A DNA stretch of 64,000 nucleotides, from assembly GCA_038319665.1 (NCBI GenBank), contig JBBQDL010000001.1:28227-92226 (forward strand), in the 5' to 3' direction. Both the position numbers and the translations under genes were made by a program. The notes under the pieces are model-generated. The model was not told the DNA's origin, made no database searches, and saw only the letters and a list, made by a program, of their open reading frames with translations. Each line of letters starts with the position of its first letter. Positions within the stretch are counted from its first letter, which is position 1. Below are positions 58,262 to 64,000 of this stretch, piece after piece. The DNA comes from Candidatus Limnocylindrales bacterium (lineage in GTDB: Bacteria > Chloroflexota > Limnocylindria > Limnocylindrales > CSP1-4).

Positions 58262-59181
58262 CCGCGCCGGGGATCCACGCCAGCGCCCTGCCCAACGACC
58301 TGCCGCCCGACCGGCTCCGCCATCGCCCCGATGGAGCGGGCAACGTGGCGATCGATCCAGAGACCGCGGGTTGGCGCTACCTGTCATATGAGACCGCGGT
58401 CCTGTTCGGTGGGGGTTCGATCGAGATCGGCGGTCCGGATCGTGAGACGGCCGTCGTGCTCCAGTCCGGCCGCGATGCGCTGGTCACCGATCCGGCCGGC
58501 GATCCGCACGTGCTCGAAGGCCGGACCTCCGTCTTTGACGGGCTCCCATCGGCCTTCTACCTGCCGGCCGGCCGGACCGCGACCGTGGCGGTCGCCACGG
58601 GTGGTGCGACCACACTCGCCATCTCGTCGGCGCCGGCGCGACCCAAGATCTCAGCGGGCCTCGGTTCGGTCCTCATCCGCCCATCCGACATCAAGGTCGA
58701 GATCCGCGGCGCCGGTCGGTCGACTCGCCAGATCAATCACGTCATCGCCCCCGACTTCCCGGCCGACCGCCTGCTGGTCGTCGAGGTCCTCACCCCGGCC
58801 GGCAACTGGTCGAGCTGGCCGCCGCACAAGCACGACACCGACGACATGCCCGACGAAGCCGTCCTCGAGGAGATCTACCAGTACCGGTTCCGCCGGCCCG
58901 AGGCGTGGGCGATCCAGCGCATCTACCGGGCTACCGGGAGTCCGCTCGGCGCGCCGCGCGATGCGATGTGGGCCGTGCGCGATGGTGAGGTCCTCGTCGT
59001 GACCGACGGGTATCACCCATTCGTCGCGACCGACGCCGATGACGCCTATTACCTCAATGCGCTGGCCGGGGACCGGCGGACGATGGCCTGCTCCTTCGAC
59101 CCGGAGCTCGACCGGGTCCGAGGCCGCTGGGCCGGCGAGGCCATCGACCCGCGGGTCCCGTTGGTCGGCGGCACGGCCTGA
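58258..59181 (+). CDS. iolB: 5-deoxy-glucuronate isomerase
   Basis: KduI/IolB cupin signature SWPPHKHD and high overall IolB-like similarity. The track ORF 57238.. carries a spurious N-extension. Confidence 0.85.
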   Translation: MTAPGIHASALPNDLPPDRLRHRPDGAGNVAIDPETAGWRYLSYETAVLFGGGSIEIGGPDRETAVVLQSGRDALVTDPAGDPHVLEGRTSVFDGLPSAFYLPAGRTATVAVATGGATTLAISSAPARPKISAGLGSVLIRPSDIKVEIRGAGRSTRQINHVIAPDFPADRLLVVEVLTPAGNWSSWPPHKHDTDDMPDEAVLEEIYQYRFRRPEAWAIQRIYRATGSPLGAPRDAMWAVRDGEVLVVTDGYHPFVATDADDAYYLNALAGDRRTMACSFDPELDRVRGRWAGEAIDPRVPLVGGTA

Positions 59182-60602
59182 CGTCCGGCCCGCCCCGCCA
59201 GCCGGCGACGCAAGCGTCGCGCGCGACCGCGGAGGTCCGCCTCGAGACGCGGCTCGGGGCGACCCAGACGCCGGCGCCGCTCGACGAGCGCCAACCCGTC
59301 GCCGGTCGCGCGCAGGGCCCCGAGCGGATCCCGCAGCCGGTGTTCGCGGAGCTTGGCCAGTTCGATCGCGGCCACGATCGCGCTCCTGCCCGGCCCCGCG
59401 GCGAGGCTGGCCCAGGCCTCAGCCGCGGACTCCCAGCGTCGGAGGCGTCGGAGCGTATGGGCGCGTTCGACCGCGATCCGCTCGCTGGTCCAGGGCGTCG
59501 CGAAGGCCGCGGACCGGACGGAGGGCCCGGCCTGGATGGCCGATGGGCGGCGGCCACCGAAATCGGGCGGCACGTCGGGCGACCACCATGGGAGCCTACC
59601 GGTGGGCTCGGGCGCGCGGCGCGTCTCGGTCAGCGTGACGTCGCTCTTGGCGATGGGTGGCGTGGCCCCCGGATCGGCCGAGAACGCGACGTCGTAGCAC
59701 TCGAGCGCTTCCGCCAGCCGGCCCTCGCGAGCGTACGCACGGGCAAGCCCGCCGAGATCGCCGGCCGGGACGGACCGCCTCGCCTCGGTCGTGCCGTAAT
59801 CGTTCGCAAGCAGGACGAGGAGGCGGGCGAGCGACCGGACATCCTGGTCGTTGTGCCGGGCGACCTCGACGAGTGGCTCGGCCGGCCCGCCGCGGAGGAA
59901 CCCCAGGTAGCGAGCCGGGATCTCCGAGCCGTCGATATCGCCATGGCGATGGAGGCCGAGCAGGCCCGCTTCGGCCGTCCGGAGCCGAGCGTCGTCGAGC
60001 CGGTGTCGGAACAGGCGGCGGACGATCGGCAGGAGGTCGAGGTGGCCCCCATGGACCGGGGCCGCGCGACGTGCCATCCGGTAGCGGGTCACCAACAACG
60101 GCCAGTCGAAGCCCCGCCCGTTGTAGGTCACGAGCCAACCATCGAGCGGGATATGCCGTGCCAGGGCGGTAAGCATGGCCGGTTCGTCGGCGTGGTCGGG
60201 CAGGAGCAGCTGGACCTGGTGGAACCGGTCGCCTCGCCACCAGCCGAGACCGATCAGAAAAGCCACGGTCCCGGCGGCGGTCGCGAGTCCCGTGGTCTCC
60301 GTGTCGAGGCAGACGAGCGGGACGGGTGGGGCGGGCTGCGCCGGGAGGCGGGCCAGGCGCTCGCGATCGAGCGGGATCGCCCGCGACTCCGATTCGCACC
60401 GGACATAGCTGCCACCGGGCGATGCGATCACCTCGCCTCCGAGCGTCCGTGCCAGCCGTTCCGCGAGGACGTGCCGGTCGATCGGACCGTGCGGGAGCTC
60501 GACCTGCCGAGCCGCGTCGGTGACGAGGCCGCCCCGGGCGGCGGAACGGTAGCGCTCGAGCCGGCGCCCGAGGCTGCCCGGATCGGCGAGCGGGATCGTC
60601 AT
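59049..60602 (-). CDS. mrfB: DEDDh 3'-5' exonuclease with RNase H-like fold and a C-terminal helical domain (YprB/MrfB-like)
   Basis: Exo I VCLDTETTG, Exo II YNGRGFDWPLL, and Exo III HNDQDVRSL. The ATG at 60602 overlaps the mrfA stop (ATGA). Its 3' end overlaps convergent iolB by about 130 nt, so the exact stop is questionable. Confidence 0.7.
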   Translation of the reverse strand: MTIPLADPGSLGRRLERYRSAARGGLVTDAARQVELPHGPIDRHVLAERLARTLGGEVIASPGGSYVRCESESRAIPLDRERLARLPAQPAPPVPLVCLDTETTGLATAAGTVAFLIGLGWWRGDRFHQVQLLLPDHADEPAMLTALARHIPLDGWLVTYNGRGFDWPLLVTRYRMARRAAPVHGGHLDLLPIVRRLFRHRLDDARLRTAEAGLLGLHRHGDIDGSEIPARYLGFLRGGPAEPLVEVARHNDQDVRSLARLLVLLANDYGTTEARRSVPAGDLGGLARAYAREGRLAEALECYDVAFSADPGATPPIAKSDVTLTETRRAPEPTGRLPWWSPDVPPDFGGRRPSAIQAGPSVRSAAFATPWTSERIAVERAHTLRRLRRWESAAEAWASLAAGPGRSAIVAAIELAKLREHRLRDPLGALRATGDGLALVERRRRLGRPEPRLEADLRGRARRLRRRLAGRAGRQAVPPTNGTRGSMASPAQRPRTRSSSGSKEQAIVRRSPASALR

Positions 60603-62911
60603 CCGACGGCCGGCAGGGCCGTGGCGTGTCGGGCCGCCCCGAGCTCGCCGAGCAGCCGCAGGGCGAGCGCCTTCGCATCGATTTCGGGCTCCAGGCGCGG
60701 TCCGGTGCAGGCCGGACAGCCGGCATCGCAGGCGCACGACGCGATGAGCTCGGCGGCGGCCGACACCAGTTCGTCATGGCGGTCCCACAACCGCTCGGCC
60801 AGTCCGATCCCGCCGGGGACCGCCTCGTAGAGGTAGATCGTCGGCTGCTCGGAGTGCGGCGAGCGGACCTGGCTGACAAGGCCGAGGTCGCGCGGGTCGA
60901 CCATGAGCAGGACGCTCGCCACGGTCTGGATCGCCCGCCCGGCGCCGAGCAAGGCGATGTCGAGCTCGTGCCGTCGCCAGCGATCCCGGACGGCCTCGGC
61001 GGTCAGCCAGTACGCCGTCGTCTGGAGCTCGATCTCGGGGAGGTCGACCGGACCGAAACCGACGTTCTCGTCGGTCAGGAACTTCAGCTTCTTGTAGAGC
61101 GTGACGAGGCTGGCCACCATGACCTCGCCGTGGATGCGGCGGCCGCCCGTCGCGGCCGCCTCCGCGAAGACGTCGAGCGGCTTGAGCGTCACCGCGCGGT
61201 TCGCGTAGGTGTAGTGGTCGGCGTCGATCCTGTGGACGTATGCCTTGCGCTCGCCCCACTCGAGCCGGTCGACGTGGTACTGGGCCGACTCGTGGAGGTA
61301 GATCGCATGCTCGTGAACGAGGACCTGGGCCGAGAACAGGTCGACCTCGCCGAGGACGCGCGGGCGGTCGGGCGTCGTGTCGATGATCACGACGTTCTCC
61401 GGCGCGGCCGTCCGCAACGAGATCTCCGAGGCCGGGAAGTTCTCGCTCGACCAATACCAGCGCCCGTCGCCGGCCTCGCGGACGTGCCCCTCTTCGCCGA
61501 GGAACGCGAGCAGGTCGTCGACTGGACCGGGACCGAAGACTTCGCCCGGCTCGAACGGCAACTCGAAGACGGCCGCACGCAGGTGGGCGAGCAGAATGTG
61601 GAGGTTGTCCGGATCCGCCCGCGCCTCCTCGGGTGTCCCCTCCAGCAGGAACTCGGGGTGATGGACCACGTACTGGTCGACCGGGGCGGATGAGGCCACG
61701 AGGATGGCCACGCTGGTCCCGGCCCGCCGCCCGGCCCGTCCGAACTGTTGCCAGGTCGCCGCGATCGAGCCCGGGTAGCCGGCCAGGATCGCGGCGTCGA
61801 GCCGCCCGATATCCACGCCCAGCTCGAGCGCGTTCGTCGCGACGACGCCGAGGATCTCGCCGTCCCGGAGGCCACGCTCGATGGCGCGCCGCTCGGTCGG
61901 CAGGTAGCCACCGCGGTAGCCCCGGACGCGGGTGCGCGGGCCGCGACTTTCCCGAAGCGATTCGCGAAGACCGCTCAGCAGCAGCTCGACGGCGACCCGG
62001 GATCGCCCGAAGACGATGGTCTGCCGTCCGGCCCGCAGGAACGGCAGCGCCCAGCGCTGCGCGAGCGTCACCGCCGAGCCGCGCGCCTCGGACGCCGGAT
62101 CGAGCCGGGGTGGGTCGACGAGGAGGATGTGGCGCTCGCCGGCGGGTGCCCCGTTTCGGGTCAGGACCCGGACCGGTCGACCGATGAGGGCCTCGGCAAG
62201 CTCACCCGGGTTCCCGATCGTTGCCGAGCAACAGATGATCACCGGGTGGCTGCCGTAGTGGGCGCAGATCCGCAGCAGCCGCCGGAGGACGTTGGCCACG
62301 TGCCCGCCGAAGACGCCGCGGTAGGTATGCAGCTCGTCGATGACGATGTAGCGGAGCTGTTCGAAGAGCTGGAACCACTTCGTGTGATGGGGCAGGATCG
62401 CCGAATGGAGCATGTCCGGGTTGGTAGCCACGACCTGGCCGGCGGTCCGGACGGCGGACCGGATGGGAGCGGGCGTGTCGCCGTCGTAGGTCGATGCCGA
62501 GACCTGCAGGCCGGCAGTCGCGGAGAGCCCGGCGAACTCGGCGACCTGGTCCTGGCTCAACGCCTTGGTCGGGAAGAGGAGGAGGGCGCGTGCCGCAGGG
62601 TCCTCGGCGATGGCCTGGAGGATCGGCACGGCGTAACACAACGTCTTGCCCGAGGCGGTCGGGGTCACGATGACGACGTCCTCCCCGCCGCGGATGGATT
62701 CGATGGCGTCCGCCTGATGACGATATGGACGTGCGATCCCTCGCTGTGCCAACCCGGCCACGATGCGTGGATCGAGCCAGCCCGGGAAGTCGCCATGTTC
62801 GGCCGGGCGCGCGGGCAGGATCGCGTGGTGGACGACCCCACGGGCGAGCGACGGTTCGGCCAGCAGTTCCGCCAGGACGGCGGCCGGGTCGGCGGGGGCG
62901 TAGGTGCGCAT
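60599..62911 (-). CDS. mrfA: DEAD/DEAH-box helicase with C-terminal DUF1998 four-Cys domain (YprA/MrfA-like)
   Basis: 770 aa. Motif I TPTASGKT, DEAH-like VIDELH, and C-terminal CACDAGCPAC. Confidence 0.85.
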   Translation of the reverse strand: MRTYAPADPAAVLAELLAEPSLARGVVHHAILPARPAEHGDFPGWLDPRIVAGLAQRGIARPYRHQADAIESIRGGEDVVIVTPTASGKTLCYAVPILQAIAEDPAARALLLFPTKALSQDQVAEFAGLSATAGLQVSASTYDGDTPAPIRSAVRTAGQVVATNPDMLHSAILPHHTKWFQLFEQLRYIVIDELHTYRGVFGGHVANVLRRLLRICAHYGSHPVIICCSATIGNPGELAEALIGRPVRVLTRNGAPAGERHILLVDPPRLDPASEARGSAVTLAQRWALPFLRAGRQTIVFGRSRVAVELLLSGLRESLRESRGPRTRVRGYRGGYLPTERRAIERGLRDGEILGVVATNALELGVDIGRLDAAILAGYPGSIAATWQQFGRAGRRAGTSVAILVASSAPVDQYVVHHPEFLLEGTPEEARADPDNLHILLAHLRAAVFELPFEPGEVFGPGPVDDLLAFLGEEGHVREAGDGRWYWSSENFPASEISLRTAAPENVVIIDTTPDRPRVLGEVDLFSAQVLVHEHAIYLHESAQYHVDRLEWGERKAYVHRIDADHYTYANRAVTLKPLDVFAEAAATGGRRIHGEVMVASLVTLYKKLKFLTDENVGFGPVDLPEIELQTTAYWLTAEAVRDRWRRHELDIALLGAGRAIQTVASVLLMVDPRDLGLVSQVRSPHSEQPTIYLYEAVPGGIGLAERLWDRHDELVSAAAELIASCACDAGCPACTGPRLEPEIDAKALALRLLGELGAARHATALPAVG

Positions 62912-63006
62912 GGCCTGCCTCGAGAACGAACGGATGTTCGAAACCGCGCGAGTCTAACAGACCGTCGTGGCCGGCTGTGACAGCTTGGTTGATCACGCCT
63001 CCCGGG

Positions 63007-63035
63007 TTGACACCCCCGCTGAGCGTAGCTACCCT
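63007..63035 (+). promoter_or_regulatory. Candidate promoter (TTGACA-17 nt-TACCCT) ending 7 nt before the ATG, suggesting a leaderless mRNA for the FtsB-like gene
   Basis: TTGACA at 63007-63012, a 17-nt spacer, and TACCCT at 63030-63035. ATG at 63043 with no SD. Confidence 0.35.
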
Positions 63036-63042
63036 CGCCGGG

Positions 63043-63546
63043 ATGCTCCGCCGGTTCTTCCCGACGCCGTCCCAGGACGCCCCAGACCACACGGGCTCGA
63101 CGCCGTCCGGGAGCGCTGATGCCGGCGGCCCCGGCGAGCCGGACCTTGCCGCGCTCCCCATCGTCGGCATCACACGCCGGCGGATGGCGTTCCTCATCGG
63201 CGTCCTGCTTGCGGGCTGGATCGTCATCGTGTTCGCGCGCCAGGTCACCGAGGCGGCGGCTGCCACGACCAAGGCGGAGGCGATGGTGGCCACCAATGCG
63301 GCGAAACGCGACGAGATCGACGCGCTCGAGCGGGAGCTCGGGAGCATCCAGCAGCGCCAGTTCGTCCTGCAGCAGGCGCGCGGCTACGGCCTTGGCGGCT
63401 CGAAGGAGATCTCGTTCTCGCTCGCGGCCGGCGCCCCGCCGCTGCCGTCGGACGCGCCAGGCTCGGCGGGGTCGCGCATCGGCGCGCCATCGTCGGTCAG
63501 CCCGCTCGATCGCTGGCTGACCGTGTTGTTCGGCCCGGGCGGCTGA
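63043..63546 (+). CDS. Septum formation initiator-like protein (FtsB/DivIC family: TM helix plus coiled coil)
   Basis: TM helix MAFLIGVLLAGWIVIVFA followed by the coiled coil AKRDEIDALERELGSIQQRQFVLQQ. Start at the ATG at 63043 inside track ORF 62725... Confidence 0.6.
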   Translation: MLRRFFPTPSQDAPDHTGSTPSGSADAGGPGEPDLAALPIVGITRRRMAFLIGVLLAGWIVIVFARQVTEAAAATTKAEAMVATNAAKRDEIDALERELGSIQQRQFVLQQARGYGLGGSKEISFSLAAGAPPLPSDAPGSAGSRIGAPSSVSPLDRWLTVLFGPGG

Positions 63547-63619
63547 GGCGGATCCAGGCACAACGACGCGGGGCCGGCGTCAGCGCCAGCCCCGCGTCGT
63601 TGTCGTGTGCGACGGTCCG

Positions 63620-64000
63620 TCAGGGCCTGTCAGCGGTGATCGTCCCGAAGGCGCCGCCCGCTTCACCGTTCGGTCCGGCCGTGTAGAACAGGTCGTTGGC
63701 GTTCCCGTCGTTGGCGACGTTCACGCCGCCGCCGAACGCGAGCGCCCACAGCCCGTCGATGACGAGCGGCTGGTGGTTCGAGCCCCGGAGTTCACCGTCG
63801 TAGCGCCAGTGGTGGCCCTCCCAGCGATAGGCATGGATCTGGCCGTCGCCGAAGTTGCCGACCAGCAGGTCGCCGCTGAAACGACCGAAGTTCGCCGGGG
63901 CCCAGGCGAGACCCCACGGCGCGTTCAACTGACCGTGGGTCGCGACGCGCGCGAGGAACCTACCGTCCGTCGCGAACGCGTCGACGAACCCGCGGCCCTG
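63620..64000 (-). CDS. C-terminal part of a beta-propeller-like hypothetical protein; the N-terminus lies beyond the window end
   Basis: The reading frame is open to position 64000. Gly/Asn/Asp-rich blade-like repeats are present (GLWALAFGGGVNVANDGNANDLFYTAGPNGEAGG). Confidence 0.5.
   Translation of the reverse strand, partial: QGRGFVDAFATDGRFLARVATHGQLNAPWGLAWAPANFGRFSGDLLVGNFGDGQIHAYRWEGHHWRYDGELRGSNHQPLVIDGLWALAFGGGVNVANDGNANDLFYTAGPNGEAGGAFGTITADRP

Noticed and set aside
59340-63561. Plus-strand ORFs 59340..60830, 60626..61693 and 61748..62980, and minus ORFs 59596..60879, 62202..63347 and 62665..63561
   Set aside because: They are antisense or alternate frames over mrfB, mrfA and the FtsB-like gene.

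Overview
This 64 kb window is very GC-rich (about 70%) and reads as an actinobacterial-type chromosomal segment, densely packed with housekeeping and carbohydrate-metabolism genes on both strands. I support about 60 protein-coding genes. I found no rRNA, tRNA, CRISPR array, transposase or integrase. Most long opposite-strand or alternate-frame ORFs in the track look like GC-driven artefacts and are listed under rejected.

Gene content, start to end:
- clpX, partial, with its 5' end outside the window.
- A possible T-box-like leader, then valS.
- An alpha-glucoside locus: LacI-family regulator, ABC substrate-binding protein, two permeases, and a divergent GH13 alpha-glucosidase. No ATPase is encoded locally.
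- A run of small zinc-ribbon and HTH proteins plus a YihY-family membrane protein.
- A zinc-ribbon-capped, acidic Pro/Glu/Val/Ala repeat protein, transcribed divergently from a minimal fhaA-fhaB-rodA-pbpA cell-wall operon that lacks pstP and pknAB.
- A GH63 glycoside hydrolase.
- A MoxR / DUF58 / transglutaminase triad.
- A serine-biosynthesis operon: AGXT-type aminotransferase, serA, and a histidine-phosphatase-type phosphatase, preceded by two small unknown ORFs and a TetR-family regulator.
- A GYD-domain protein and rarA.
- DUF4446 followed by a 1029-aa UvrD-helicase / PD-(D/E)xK nuclease fusion.
- An M20 amidohydrolase, a ureohydrolase and a methyltransferase.
- An orphan receiver / ParA-MinD fusion next to murI.
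- A DUF2342 metalloprotease coupled to a D-2-hydroxyacid dehydrogenase, then ychF.
- A highly acidic small protein.
- A myo-inositol catabolism locus: PfkB kinase, LacI-family regulator, ABC transporter, iolG-iolE-iolD, and a transaldolase-family gene coupled to iolB.
- mrfA/mrfB (yprA/yprB-like helicase plus DEDDh exonuclease).
- A septum-formation-initiator (FtsB/DivIC-like) gene and a partial C-terminal CDS at the window end.

I see no canonical defence island or mobile element. The most novelty-worthy observations are:
- the zinc-ribbon-capped repeat protein facing the FHA/SEDS/PBP operon;
- the uncharacterised zinc-ribbon / FmdB / HTH trio;
- the M20 / ureohydrolase / methyltransferase trio, whose methyltransferase has no canonical start codon;
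- the orphan receiver-ParA/MinD fusion, apparently on a leaderless transcript;
- a highly acidic small protein ending flush against ychF;
- the inositol locus, with a LacI-type operator palindrome and a transaldolase-family gene translationally coupled to iolB;
- candidate non-canonical starts (ATC and CTG) for two genes.

Every family assignment comes from motif recognition by eye, not from database searches. Small discrepancies between my reading of the sequence lines and ORF arithmetic suggest some start coordinates could be off by one or more bases; starts I refined beyond the ORF track are flagged as such.
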